A DNA stretch of 64,000 nucleotides from Enterobacteria phage P922. The position numbers were made by a program, and so were the translations under genes. The notes beneath the pieces are model-generated. The model saw only the letters and a program-made list of their open reading frames with translations. It was not told where the DNA came from and ran no database searches. Below, piece by piece: positions 30,998-48,926 of this stretch; position 1 is the first letter of the stretch, and each line of letters opens with the position of its first letter. The DNA lies in the sequence record OR999189.1; one strand, 5' to 3'.

Positions 30998-31213
30998 ATG
31001 AGATTGATTATGAGAACTGAGGTTGTGGTGTTTACACTCCATGAGTCTGGAAAGTCATTCATTGAAATTGCTCGTGAATTGAACTTACAGGCAAAAGAAG
31101 TGGCTGTATTATGGGCTCGAGCTATGACTGCTAAGAATAAATTTGAGACTCGAGAAAAAGTTGTCTATAGAAAAAGACATATTAATAAAAAGGTGAAAAA
31201 TGGAACAGTATGA
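30998..31213 (+). CDS. Small protein with helix-turn-helix-like segment (T4 24.3 position), 71 aa
   Basis: Segment SGKSFIEIARELNLQAKEVAVLW resembles an HTH; start uncertain. Confidence 0.5.
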   Translation: MRLIMRTEVVVFTLHESGKSFIEIARELNLQAKEVAVLWARAMTAKNKFETREKVVYRKRHINKKVKNGTV

Positions 31214-31478
31214 TCTTTATGAAAATGAATCTTTTGCTAATCAATTACGTGAAAAAGCACTTAAAAGTAAACAGTTTAAACTAGAGTGTTTTATTAAAGA
31301 TTTTTCGGAACTTGCTAATAAAGCAGCTGAACAAGGTAAAACATATTTTAGTTATTATTGCACTGCTCGTGATAAATTGATTACTGAAGAAATTGGTGAT
31401 TGGCTGAGAAAAGAAGGATTTAGCTTTAAAGTCAATAGTGATCAGCGTGATGGTGATTGGTTAGAAATTACATTTTGA
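31200..31478 (+). CDS. Hypothetical protein, 92 aa (T4 24.2 position)
   Basis: ORF between 24.3 and rnlB. Confidence 0.55.
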   Translation: MEQYDLYENESFANQLREKALKSKQFKLECFIKDFSELANKAAEQGKTYFSYYCTARDKLITEEIGDWLRKEGFSFKVNSDQRDGDWLEITF

Positions 31479-31487
31479 GGATTAATT

Positions 31488-32492
31488 ATGTTTAAAAAGT
31501 ATAGCAGTCTTGAAAATCATTACAATTCTAAATTCATTGAAAAACTTTACAGTTTAGGATTGACTGGCGGCGAATGGGTAGCTCGTGAAAAGATTCATGG
31601 CACAAATTTCTCACTGATTATTGAACGCGATAAAGCAACTTGTGCTAAACGTACTGGACCGATTCTTCCTGCTGAAGATTTCTTTGGGTATGAAATTATT
31701 CTAAAGAATTACGCTGATTCCATTAAAGCAGTACAAGATATTATGGAAACTTCGGCAATTGTATCTTATCAAGTCTTCGGCGAATTCGCTGGACCTGGCA
31801 TTCAGAAGAATGTCGATTATGGCGATAAAGATTTTTATGTATTTGACATTATTGTTACTACCGAAAGTGGTGATGTGACTTATGTCGATGATTATATGAT
31901 GGAATCATTCTGTAATACATTTAAATTTAAAATGGCTCCACTTTTGGGTCGTGGTAAATTTGAAGAACTTATTAAATTGCCAAATGATTTAGATTCTGTC
32001 GTCCAGGATTATAATTTTACGGTAGATCACGCTGGATTAGTTGATGCAAATAAATGCGTTTGGAATGCCGAAGCAAAAGGTGAAGTATTTACCGCTGAAG
32101 GTTATGTATTGAAACCTTGTTATCCTTCTTGGATGCCTAACGGAAATCGTGTAGCTATTAAATGCAAGAACTCTAAATTTAGCGAAAAGAAAAAGTCTGA
32201 TAAGCCTATTAAAGCTAAAGTTGAGTTGTCAGAAGCTGATAATAAATTGCTGGGAATTTTAGCTTGCTACGTTACACTGAACCGAGTAAATAACGTTATT
32301 TCTAAAATTGGCGAAATTGGTCCGAAGGATTTTGGAAAGGTGATGGGGCTAACTGTTCAAGATATTTTGGAAGAAACTTCTCGTGAAGGTATTACTTTAA
32401 CTCAAGCGGATAATCCTTCTTTGATTAAAAAGGAATTAGTTAAAATGGTACAAGATGTACTTCGTCCGGCTTGGATTGAATTGGTGAGTTAA
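31488..32492 (+). CDS. rnlB: RNA ligase 2, 334 aa
   Basis: Nucleotidyltransferase motif I KIHGTN (lysine adenylation site); length 334 aa as T4 Rnl2. Confidence 0.93.
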   Translation: MFKKYSSLENHYNSKFIEKLYSLGLTGGEWVAREKIHGTNFSLIIERDKATCAKRTGPILPAEDFFGYEIILKNYADSIKAVQDIMETSAIVSYQVFGEFAGPGIQKNVDYGDKDFYVFDIIVTTESGDVTYVDDYMMESFCNTFKFKMAPLLGRGKFEELIKLPNDLDSVVQDYNFTVDHAGLVDANKCVWNAEAKGEVFTAEGYVLKPCYPSWMPNGNRVAIKCKNSKFSEKKKSDKPIKAKVELSEADNKLLGILACYVTLNRVNNVISKIGEIGPKDFGKVMGLTVQDILEETSREGITLTQADNPSLIKKELVKMVQDVLRPAWIELVS

Positions 32493-32496
32493 ATAA

Positions 32497-32518
32497 AAAG
32501 GGACCGAAAGGTCCCTTT
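32497..32518. terminator. Bidirectional hairpin between convergent rnlB (+) and gene 24 (-)
   Basis: AAAGGGACC-GAAA-GGTCCCTTT perfect stem. Confidence 0.6.
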
Positions 32519-32521
32519 GTT

Positions 32522-33805
32522 TTATTCATCAACGATAATTTTTGGTAGCTTAACACCTAATAAAACAGACAAATCTGAACGACCCGCCATTTTATCCATG
32601 TCTCCACCATCAATTATTCTTGCTTCTTTTTCATCTTTTGCTACAGTGTAAGGATTTGCAGATAAAGCATATCTAACTAATAAACCAATAGATGGCTGCA
32701 AACTTTCTGGATCAACTACAACTTTAAATGCACCTACATGTTCAGGGTCATCTAAGTCCAGACCTTCTGTATACGGGGCATAGAAAATTGATCCAACAAT
32801 TTCTTTTTCGCCAATATTTTCTACCACGCCAACGATTACATAATCTAATGGGCTGTTAGTGTCACAATAAAGCGGTAAACCATTAGCTAAGAACCCGTAG
32901 GCATTTTGTGAAAGATATTTATCATCTTCTGGTTTATGTTTTAACCAACCTGATGCGGCAAGAATCGCAGCAGCACGAGCTGAAGCAACACAGAACGTTG
33001 CTGTATAAGTTGATTCTTTTTGGATATGCGAAACCATTTCACACACCATTCGGTATAATGAACGACCAGCTTCAGGTGCAGATGCATAACTCAAATCAAT
33101 GAATCCGGTGTCAGTAATTCCTGTAACTTTATAGCGTTTTGATACTGTAATCAAAGACTGTAGAATATCTTTATTGATTTCATCCGCCATTTCAGTTGCA
33201 AGCAAATCTTCCAAGAAATTAGGAGCATCGAATCCATTTGCTTCTAAATCTTGTGCTAATTCAACTGTGATGCCAGTTTTAAGTTTACGAGATTTAACTG
33301 CGGTTTGCCATTTATTAATCTGGAATCTAGCATCCGCAATTTCGCTATCAGAGCTTTCAAATTTGCTTGTTGACGCTGCGTCAGAAAATAGGCGAACCTT
33401 TAAAAGAACAATTGCAATCTGAAGAGCTAATTCTAAATCGCTTTCTTCAATGGTAGCAAATGGTGTATCTTCTAATACTTTATAAACGATATTATTATAT
33501 TTGAATAAATCGCCTTTATTGAGAGTTAATTTAGACTCTTCTGTTAATTCTGTGATTTGTTCTCGGTCTACATACCCAGCTTCACCAGCGTAAGTAGCAC
33601 CAGTTTTAAACGTAAATTCGTTGTCTGGGTTAAGGTATTTGATACCATAAAAAGCAGCAACAGGTTGATTAGTTCTTTGTGTTGCTACAATGTCAGAATA
33701 TATTAATTTAGTGGTAGCGCGAGTCAAAGCAACGAGATTTGGGCGACCGATTGAGTTGCTATTCGTTGTGGTTGATTCGCGCAGAAGTTCGTTGATTTTA
33801 GCCAT
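32522..33805 (-). CDS. 24: Head vertex protein gp24, 427 aa
   Basis: Paralog-like similarity to gp23 fold region; length and synteny. Confidence 0.92.
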   Translation of the reverse strand: MAKINELLRESTTTNSNSIGRPNLVALTRATTKLIYSDIVATQRTNQPVAAFYGIKYLNPDNEFTFKTGATYAGEAGYVDREQITELTEESKLTLNKGDLFKYNNIVYKVLEDTPFATIEESDLELALQIAIVLLKVRLFSDAASTSKFESSDSEIADARFQINKWQTAVKSRKLKTGITVELAQDLEANGFDAPNFLEDLLATEMADEINKDILQSLITVSKRYKVTGITDTGFIDLSYASAPEAGRSLYRMVCEMVSHIQKESTYTATFCVASARAAAILAASGWLKHKPEDDKYLSQNAYGFLANGLPLYCDTNSPLDYVIVGVVENIGEKEIVGSIFYAPYTEGLDLDDPEHVGAFKVVVDPESLQPSIGLLVRYALSANPYTVAKDEKEARIIDGGDMDKMAGRSDLSVLLGVKLPKIIVDE

Positions 33806-33888
33806 TGCGCTTTCCTTTTGGTTTATATGATTTATTTATACCATAAAAACAACTAAAGGGACCCGAAGGTCCCTTAAATCGTCAAAGA

Positions 33889-35454
33889 TTAGATACCTTT
33901 AACATATACACGGCGGAAGTAAGCGTTTTTACCAAGGCTATTCAGAATAGAAGGCATACCGCTCTGGATGCGAGAAGCCGGAGCCTGAGCAGCGGATTCT
34001 GCAAATGGGTTGATACCGATACCGTAACGAGTTTTGAATCCCATTACTGGTTGGAAGTTCTTCGGATCGGAACCACGCAGCGGAGTCAGAGCTACATATG
34101 GAGCATAGTAAATACCAGCATCCATTTCGTTCGGACCTTTATAACCTACAGTGAAATAATCCTGTTTAGCATACTGGTCGATATATACACGGTATTTACC
34201 ACCCAGAACACCAGCAAATACTGACTTGGTAGTATCAGTGTTAAAGCCGGTAGCCAGACCCTGTGCAGCATAAGAAATGCCAGTATCAACTGAAGCCAGA
34301 ACGTTAACTACGTTACGGGAAGCGATAATGAAGTTACCTTCACCACGACCGGTCTGACGAGCAATTTCAACTGCTTCTTTGTCAATCTGGAACAACAGAG
34401 CTTTAAAGGATTCACCCGCCCAGCGAGCACCACGAATATCAATCGGATCCTGGAAGTCAAATACACCAGCTTTAGAACCTGGAGTCAGGGTCATACCAGA
34501 TTTACCAACCTGAGCTGAGTAGTTAATCCAATCAACAACTTCACGGTTGATTTCCAGCATGATTTCGGTAGCCAGAATACCAGACAGTTCAGCATCAGCA
34601 TCCATACCGTGAACAGCGCGGAGGTCTTGTGCTAATTCGATAGAGTAAGCAGCTTTCAGCTGACGAGATTTAGCTTCGATAACTTGTTTATCGATACGGA
34701 AGCCCATTTCATTCCATGGGTTATCGGTAGAACCGTTGAAACCTTCCTGAAGTTCAGCGATAGAAGTAGCCATACCTTCAGCGATTTCTACCAGTACACC
34801 AGCTTCCATTTGTTTCTTAATTTCAGCATCTAATTTAGCTACGTCAGATGCAGTGGAATCAATTTGTTTAGCTTCTGTAGCTTGCAGATACACAGTACCA
34901 GTGTCCTGGAAGAAGTGGGTGTAAATAGTTCCAACTTCAAGAGTATCACTTGCTTTCAAAGCAGCGAATTTCTTAGCAGCACCCTGACCAGAGAACATTG
35001 CATCTGGACCATACATTGGGTGGAATGCTTCTTTAGCACCTGAAGCGATTGGGTCTTTACCATATACAGCACGCAGTGCGAATACCTGACCAGTCGGGCT
35101 GTTCATCGGCTGAACACCGCAAATATCGAAAGCAATCAGGTTAGGAATAGCACGACGTACCATACCCATAACAGCTGGGCCAATCTGAGTTACTGCGCCA
35201 GAAGTCTGACCAGCAGCGATGTTAGTAGCATTGTAACCATGGTCACCACCGATTTCAGCTTCTGTTAAGAAAGAACCGAACGCTTGGGCGATTTTTTCGT
35301 CTTTGTACTCTGGAGCTGTCTGGAAATCTTTTTCCTGGTTTTCAAAGATTTTAGCGATAATCGCTTGTTTGCTATTAGCAATTTCCGGTAAACCTTCACC
35401 TTCCAGTAATGGCTTCCATTTGTTCAAAAGTTCAGCTTTAGTTTTGATAGTCAT
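33889..35454 (-). CDS. 23: Major capsid protein gp23, 521 aa
   Basis: Length 521 aa, strong match to recalled T4 gp23. Confidence 0.96.
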   Translation of the reverse strand: MTIKTKAELLNKWKPLLEGEGLPEIANSKQAIIAKIFENQEKDFQTAPEYKDEKIAQAFGSFLTEAEIGGDHGYNATNIAAGQTSGAVTQIGPAVMGMVRRAIPNLIAFDICGVQPMNSPTGQVFALRAVYGKDPIASGAKEAFHPMYGPDAMFSGQGAAKKFAALKASDTLEVGTIYTHFFQDTGTVYLQATEAKQIDSTASDVAKLDAEIKKQMEAGVLVEIAEGMATSIAELQEGFNGSTDNPWNEMGFRIDKQVIEAKSRQLKAAYSIELAQDLRAVHGMDADAELSGILATEIMLEINREVVDWINYSAQVGKSGMTLTPGSKAGVFDFQDPIDIRGARWAGESFKALLFQIDKEAVEIARQTGRGEGNFIIASRNVVNVLASVDTGISYAAQGLATGFNTDTTKSVFAGVLGGKYRVYIDQYAKQDYFTVGYKGPNEMDAGIYYAPYVALTPLRGSDPKNFQPVMGFKTRYGIGINPFAESAAQAPASRIQSGMPSILNSLGKNAYFRRVYVKGI

Positions 35455-35472
35455 TTGTGTTAACCTTTAAAA

Positions 35473-36282
35473 TTAGAAACGAGATGCGACTTTCGCATAT
35501 ACACTTACAATATCTTCTGCACCAGGTGCAGCTTTATCTTCTACAGCTTCAGTGACGAAATTTAGTCCGGCTGCTTCAGTATCAGGAGTATTTATACCCT
35601 CAGTAATAGTGCTTTCATCTTTATTAGACTTCTTCACCATTTCTACGATGGCACTCAATTTATTTGAGAATTCATCTGAATAATCCATACCTTCGACCAG
35701 AGCAGAGACTTTTTCTTTTTGAGACTCAGTCAGATCTTTAGTACTTTCGCTCAATGCCACTTCACGCTGCACATAATTGATATATGCGTCACGCTTATTG
35801 AGTTCTTCGAACAGACGAGCTGATTCTTCTTTATGTTCTTGCAGCTCTTCTTCCATTTCAGCCACAACATCAACTGATTCTTCTGGAACAACAACGTTGT
35901 GTTCAACAAAGAGCTCTTTTAATCCACCAAGCATGGATTCAAACAGTTCGGCTTTGATGCCTTTATCAACTGCTAATTTATTTTCAGCGAGCCATTCTTT
36001 CGCAAGATGGTCAATGAATTTAGAAGCTTGCTCAGCAATTTTCTTCTCAGCTTTTTCTTCTGCTTCTTCTTTATTTTTTTCTACTTCTTCTTCTGCTTTT
36101 TCAGCAATTTTAGCGATATGAGATTCAGCTAATTTAACGGCGTGCTGCTTGACGGTAGCTTCGAATACAGTGCCGAAAGTTTCTTTTGCTTCCGGAGAAA
36201 TATTAACTGATTCGAAAATACTATCAAGAGCAACGGAAGCATCAATTTTTTGCGCTTCAGCAATCAGTTGTTCTTTAAGCAT
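35473..36282 (-). CDS. 22: Prohead core scaffold protein gp22, 269 aa
   Basis: Glu/Lys-rich helical scaffold composition; synteny. Confidence 0.92.
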   Translation of the reverse strand: MLKEQLIAEAQKIDASVALDSIFESVNISPEAKETFGTVFEATVKQHAVKLAESHIAKIAEKAEEEVEKNKEEAEEKAEKKIAEQASKFIDHLAKEWLAENKLAVDKGIKAELFESMLGGLKELFVEHNVVVPEESVDVVAEMEEELQEHKEESARLFEELNKRDAYINYVQREVALSESTKDLTESQKEKVSALVEGMDYSDEFSNKLSAIVEMVKKSNKDESTITEGINTPDTEAAGLNFVTEAVEDKAAPGAEDIVSVYAKVASRF

Positions 36283-36312
36283 TTTGTAGTCCTGTTGTTT
36301 AGATAATAATAT

Positions 36313-36951
36313 TTATAACGCTTTTTTCATGGCCTCTGCGAGAGCCATATAGGCGTCATCGGCACTTGTATCGGCTTCCGCCGTCTGTGATTCGGTAATT
36401 TCCTTAGGAGTTACCCATGCATCTGGAGCACTTGGACCCCATACTGCATCAACACCTACAGTTAATTTGAATCCTTCGTTTACGATACGATAACCTTTAT
36501 TTGTGTCAGTCAATGAACCTAATCCACGAGAAGAAACTCCTGGAATCCATCCGGCACGAATATTAGCTGCTAATTTATCTCCAGGACCGTGGTCACCTTC
36601 AATAACACGAGCTCGTCCGTATACGTCATTTCCTTTCCACCACATATCTTCTATAATGATAGCGGCTTGCATCGGGTCAACATTAGCGCGTGGAGGATGA
36701 TTTAATTCTCCGAGAGCTTGTTTAGTTAAAACTTGCTCATTAATATAGTCTTTTACCGCTTTTTCTAATATGCGTTTTGGATAAAGACGTTTATTTCTAT
36801 TGACGACTTCTGCTTGCATGAATATTCCTTCGATGTATAAACCCGGTTTTAAACCTAAGTCTTTTCCATCGTGGGATTCAAGCATTGGCACACCATCAAT
36901 AATTTCGCCAGGTTGACCCCAAGTTTCAATTAGTAATTGGGGTTCATTCAT
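36313..36951 (-). CDS. 21: Prohead protease gp21, 212 aa
   Basis: Length and synteny. Confidence 0.92.
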   Translation of the reverse strand: MNEPQLLIETWGQPGEIIDGVPMLESHDGKDLGLKPGLYIEGIFMQAEVVNRNKRLYPKRILEKAVKDYINEQVLTKQALGELNHPPRANVDPMQAAIIIEDMWWKGNDVYGRARVIEGDHGPGDKLAANIRAGWIPGVSSRGLGSLTDTNKGYRIVNEGFKLTVGVDAVWGPSAPDAWVTPKEITESQTAEADTSADDAYMALAEAMKKAL

Positions 36952-37376
36952 TAGCTTAATCCTAATGCTTTACGGCGTTTAAGAGCTTTTTTACGCTTAC
37001 GCTGAGCACGAGATTGACCTGCTGGATTGGCAATCTTCGTTTTGGTAGCTTTGCGAGCAATTTGTCTACGTTTTGCTTTAGACAGCCCAGTGGTTTGAAA
37101 TGCATTACGTTCGCGTGTTTTGCGGTCTTTAGTACGTGTAATTTCACCACGAGCTGAAACGTGCTTAACAATGAATTCATTTAACGGCATATTTTCATTA
37201 ATAGAAGCTAATGCAACTGCTAAATCAGTTTCATCATCAAGCATATTCTCGACAATTGTATTTATATCGTCTTTATTTAAAGCAGAAGACAATTCGTCAA
37301 AGCGACCCTGTGCTTCAGGAATAAGTGCTTCGACATTCTCGAGAACTAATTCATGAGTTTCAGGGATCAGAAGCAT
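36951..37376 (-). CDS. 68: Prohead core protein gp68, 141 aa
   Basis: Length and synteny between 67 and 21. Confidence 0.85.
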
Positions 37377-37623
37377 TATTCATCATCCTCGTCTTCGTCA
37401 TCTTCGTCAGAGTCTCTGTCTTTTTTGTCGTCTTTATCATCACCATCTTCGTCTTCGTCATCATCCTTGTCTTCAGGTTCTTCACCTTCGATTAAGAAAT
37501 TACGAGCGATAGCGATTTTTTCTTCTTTAATTAAATCAATCGTTCTTGCAGCCATGGCTTCAGCAAATAATTTACGAGCGGCTACGAGGTCGTTTGATTT
37601 AATAGCTTCAATTAAACCTTCCA

Positions 37624-37624
<1 letters not shown>
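37376..37624 (-). CDS. 67: Prohead core protein gp67, 82 aa, acidic C-terminus
   Basis: Asp/Glu-rich tail; synteny next to portal gene. Confidence 0.85.
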
Positions 37625-39249
<1,625 letters not shown>

Positions 39250-39281
39250 TTAAGCAGGATGGGGATTTCTCCCCATTCATT

Positions 39282-39773
39282 TTATTCCCAATAATCGAGA
39301 GCGAGAGTTACTTCAAAGGTTTGGATTTCATTGTTTGAATCCCAATCTAACTGAAGTTCACCCACGTTAGTAGGCCACAGGCCTTTAATTTCGACTTCTT
39401 TTGTTACAGTTTTAGCGTCACGAGCATATTGGCGTACAATAGCACTCTTTTTATACTCTGCTGGTTTTCCACCAGTAATTTCGTTTCCTTGCCCAGCAGC
39501 AATGCTTTGCCAGTCAACAAACTTCTGGCGTGCATCATGCGCCTCATCATTCATTACTGTAATAGTCCAGTCATCGAATGTACGATCGCCTGCTACGTTA
39601 ATTTTACGGTTCATAAATCCGACTGGAATTTTTTCTACAATACCAGCTGGTAAAGCAGTGGCTTTACATTGAAACGTAAAATTTTGTCCAAGATAAGAAA
39701 TTTCTACTTGGAATAAGTTAGGTCGAGCAAAATCACCAGATTCAAACGCTCGTGTTACATCATCTACAAACAT
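39282..39773 (-). CDS. 19: Tail tube protein gp19, 163 aa
   Basis: Length 163 aa and synteny. Confidence 0.93.
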   Translation of the reverse strand: MFVDDVTRAFESGDFARPNLFQVEISYLGQNFTFQCKATALPAGIVEKIPVGFMNRKINVAGDRTFDDWTITVMNDEAHDARQKFVDWQSIAAGQGNEITGGKPAEYKKSAIVRQYARDAKTVTKEVEIKGLWPTNVGELQLDWDSNNEIQTFEVTLALDYWE

Positions 39774-39786
39774 ATTAGCCTCTGTA

Positions 39787-39794
39787 GTATTTAT
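39787..39794 (-). promoter_or_regulatory. Late promoter TATAAATA proximal to gene 19
   Basis: TATTTATA on plus strand 13 nt upstream of gp19 ATG. Confidence 0.5.
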
Positions 39795-39846
39795 ATCCCT
39801 ATGTTTAACCTAGGGCATATAGAATTAAAGAATTAAGGATATAGTG

Positions 39847-39854
39847 TATTTATA
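39847..39854 (-). promoter_or_regulatory. Second late promoter TATAAATA, directly downstream of HNH gene hairpin
   Basis: TATTTATA on plus strand; preceded on minus strand by GGCCTG-TTTCGG-CAGGCC hairpin. Confidence 0.45.
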
Positions 39855-39880
39855 TGGCCTGCCGAAACAGGCCTTTAGAA

Positions 39881-40498
39881 TCATTCTAGCAAATCCCAAA
39901 GATCTACACTATTTCTTTTTGACTTTTCTCGGTTAGATTCCCAAGTGATTATTTCTAAATTATTAATACCGCCAATTATTTTAGCAGGAATTAAATTATC
40001 AAAACCGTATTTGATAGATACCTTATGATCAAGTTGGTAAGCACCTTCTGTACCACACACTCCTATCTTATCAGCATTCGGCCATTTTGACCAAATTTTC
40101 TTATGCTTACGAGTTTCTCTATATACAGATGAAATATATTCACGCATTTCAGATTTATTTGGGTTCCATCTTGGATGATTTACGCCATGCATACATTCTA
40201 CTGTTTTTCCTTTATTCGCGGAACCATATGAATTATTATGCATTTTGTCTTTATGACGGCAATCACAACAAATATCAGTGTTTCTTCCAATGCGTTGATT
40301 ATATTCAATTCCACATTTATCGCAACGACATTTTACATACGCGGTACTACCTTTAATGTCTTCAACTTTAACATCAATTTCATAATACTTAAATCCGTGT
40401 TTAACCGCTCCAAGAGGTGTTAATTTATATCCCTTTGACTGATAATGTTTAAAATTTGATGGTACAATTTTTACTTTAATGAATTTAGAAATAATCAC
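39881..40498 (-). CDS. HNH-family free-standing homing endonuclease-like protein with zinc-ribbon, 205 aa, apparent GTG start
   Basis: CxxC...CxxC cluster (CRCDKCG...CCDCRH) and HNH-like motif (QLDHKVSIKYG...NLEIITWESNREKSKRN); inserted between 18 and 19. Confidence 0.75.
   Translation of the reverse strand: MIISKFIKVKIVPSNFKHYQSKGYKLTPLGAVKHGFKYYEIDVKVEDIKGSTAYVKCRCDKCGIEYNQRIGRNTDICCDCRHKDKMHNNSYGSANKGKTVECMHGVNHPRWNPNKSEMREYISSVYRETRKHKKIWSKWPNADKIGVCGTEGAYQLDHKVSIKYGFDNLIPAKIIGGINNLEIITWESNREKSKRNSVDLWDLLE
39881..40498 (-). mobile_element. Free-standing homing endonuclease gene (HNH) between tail sheath and tail tube genes
   Basis: Same ORF; flanked by hairpins and a duplicated late promoter. 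Confidence 0.55.
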
Positions 40499-40536
40499 TT
40501 GATTCCTCGAGAACAGGGGCCGAAGCCCCTTATCAA

Positions 40537-42516
40537 TTAACCTGCAAGACCAGTTAACTCATCGAAATCTGCACCAGTAGCAGTTGCGACGAAATTCAAA
40601 GTAATATAATTTATACTGCGCGCCGGTTGGATGTAGAATGTTGCAACAAACTCATTTCTATCAATTACTGACGGAGTGTTATTTGTTGTATCGCAAACTA
40701 CACGATATTCATAAATTCCACCGAGAGCTTTAATTCCCTGTAAGTATTGGGCAGTTTCTGTGCGGAATGATGAACGAGTAAACGCGTTGTTTAATTCGAA
40801 CAAACGATATTTTGAACTACGTCCGATATTCGTTTTCAACATATTAAACAGACGACGAACGTTAATACGATCAAATGGAGAAGGAACAGAAGTAGCTGTT
40901 TTATCACCATACAATACGTAACCATCACCACCTGTGCCAGTTACTGGGTTGATAGCTTCTTGGTATAAACGGTCGCGCTGAGCTTGGCGAGTTTCAATAG
41001 CAAGTTTAATAACGTTAAGAATCTGGCCGCGATTATAACCAGCTGGAGACATCCAAGTCTGAGAAACGTTATCGGTTCTTGCACATAAACCGGCAATATC
41101 AGCTGCTAATGGAACCCAGCGATTGACATCATTATATTTGTCATACTGATATTTGTAGTTACCATCAATTGCTGCGTAGGTTGAACTGATATTAAAGTTA
41201 TTATCAGTGTATGAACCTGTTGCAGTTCTCCAATTGACTAAGTTATCAACAGCGCGAGTTACAGGAATTCCAACTACAGTTTCGCGCGGTGGTGAGCACA
41301 ATACTAAGCAATCCTGGCGAGCATCCCCAATTGAAACGACGTGTTTTTGGACAGTAGATGCTGTTTCTAAAGATTCACCGGCACAAGAACCCGCAATAAA
41401 CAACTGAACGTCAACAGATTCACGGTCAGCAAAGAAGTCCCAGGCTTCCATTAAATCTCCTGCTGTTACTTCAGCATTTGATGATAATCCACCAGACAGA
41501 GTTAAAATTCCAGAGAATCCTTCTGGCCAGTTTTGTGCAGTTGCGAAAATATATTCTGAACCGCCTTTTGCGAAAAAGTCATCAATGTAGATGTTACTAT
41601 CGTAAATATCTTTTTCACCACGCTTTGTTGAAAGAACAATACTTTGAACAATAGCATCATTACGACGAACTATAATAGCGTATTGCGAATCAGTTTGTGG
41701 TCCATATCCAAAAACTGCCTTGGCAGTAGATGCGCGTGTTCCGCCACCTGGATAAATTGGAAGTAATGCAGAAGCACCTTTTGCGTAGTCAGCTTTAGAT
41801 ACGATTTCAATTTCGATTTTATCGCCCAACTCGCCCGGATAAAGAGCTACTACTCCTGGAATTCCATATTTTTCGAGATTTGCCTGAAAGTCAACCGCTG
41901 TCATAGCAGCTTCAGCATTTTCAATCTCAGCTAATAAAATACCGGAATCAGTAATAATTTTTCCAAGAGTTATTACTGCAGCTAAACCAGATGAAGACGA
42001 AGAAATTTCCGCGGTCCAGTTAGAACCTAATGCTGGATATTCACCGACTTCTTTCGCTTTAGCGATAATTTTTGCGGTAGGAATACTAATTTTCTTAATT
42101 TTTCCATCAGCATCTACTTCGGTAATTTTACCTTCCGTTTCAATGTCTTCTGAAACATACTTAACTGTGATTTTATCTCCAACCGCGTAGTTACTACCTG
42201 GAGTAGAAATAGTGTATTCAATATTACCAGCAATCGGAGATGAGTTTTTAGCGGTATCTCTATCGACAGCACGCACAACTCGCAAATCATTTCCATATTG
42301 TAAGAAATTCATTGCAGACATAAAATAGTCAGCAGTTTCAGCTGTAGGTTGACCAAAAGTATTAACTAAATCTACTTCATTTGTAACCTGTTTGATCTGA
42401 AAAGCAGGACCCCACTGGAATTTACCGGCCAAAGCTGCTGTACCAGTAGAGTTATTAACCACGGTGCTTTGAACCGTAGTTTCTTTGAGCTCAATGCCCG
42501 GAGATAATAAAGTCAT
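40537..42516 (-). CDS. 18: Tail sheath protein gp18, 659 aa
   Basis: Length 659 aa and synteny. Confidence 0.95.
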   Translation of the reverse strand: MTLLSPGIELKETTVQSTVVNNSTGTAALAGKFQWGPAFQIKQVTNEVDLVNTFGQPTAETADYFMSAMNFLQYGNDLRVVRAVDRDTAKNSSPIAGNIEYTISTPGSNYAVGDKITVKYVSEDIETEGKITEVDADGKIKKISIPTAKIIAKAKEVGEYPALGSNWTAEISSSSSGLAAVITLGKIITDSGILLAEIENAEAAMTAVDFQANLEKYGIPGVVALYPGELGDKIEIEIVSKADYAKGASALLPIYPGGGTRASTAKAVFGYGPQTDSQYAIIVRRNDAIVQSIVLSTKRGEKDIYDSNIYIDDFFAKGGSEYIFATAQNWPEGFSGILTLSGGLSSNAEVTAGDLMEAWDFFADRESVDVQLFIAGSCAGESLETASTVQKHVVSIGDARQDCLVLCSPPRETVVGIPVTRAVDNLVNWRTATGSYTDNNFNISSTYAAIDGNYKYQYDKYNDVNRWVPLAADIAGLCARTDNVSQTWMSPAGYNRGQILNVIKLAIETRQAQRDRLYQEAINPVTGTGGDGYVLYGDKTATSVPSPFDRINVRRLFNMLKTNIGRSSKYRLFELNNAFTRSSFRTETAQYLQGIKALGGIYEYRVVCDTTNNTPSVIDRNEFVATFYIQPARSINYITLNFVATATGADFDELTGLAG

Positions 42517-42544
42517 TTTTAATCCTCTTTAATATGCTTTAATA

Positions 42545-45685
<3,141 letters not shown>

Positions 45686-45726
45686 GATTTCTCCTAATCT
45701 GGGCTTTAATTAGTTTATAATATTTA

Positions 45727-47428
<1,702 letters not shown>

Positions 47429-47459
47429 TTAAAATCCTTTGGGGCCTTGCGGCCCCATG

Positions 47460-48926
<1,467 letters not shown>

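Noticed and set aside
33806-33888. Homing endonuclease gene between genes 23 and 24
   Set aside because: The gap is only 83 bp and holds a single GC hairpin; no ORF present.
35777-36121. 114-aa Ser-rich plus-strand ORF
   Set aside because: Antisense to the scaffold gene 22; low-complexity product is a by-product of the Glu/Lys-rich sense frame, with no SD or promoter.
40440-40540. Apparent one-nucleotide register shift between my hand translation and the ORF-track coordinates near the HNH gene start and gene 18 stop
   Set aside because: The ORF track gives an intact 205-aa frame; I treat the discrepancy as my own counting error and kept the track coordinates. Motif positions I give in this 100-bp stretch may be off by 1.
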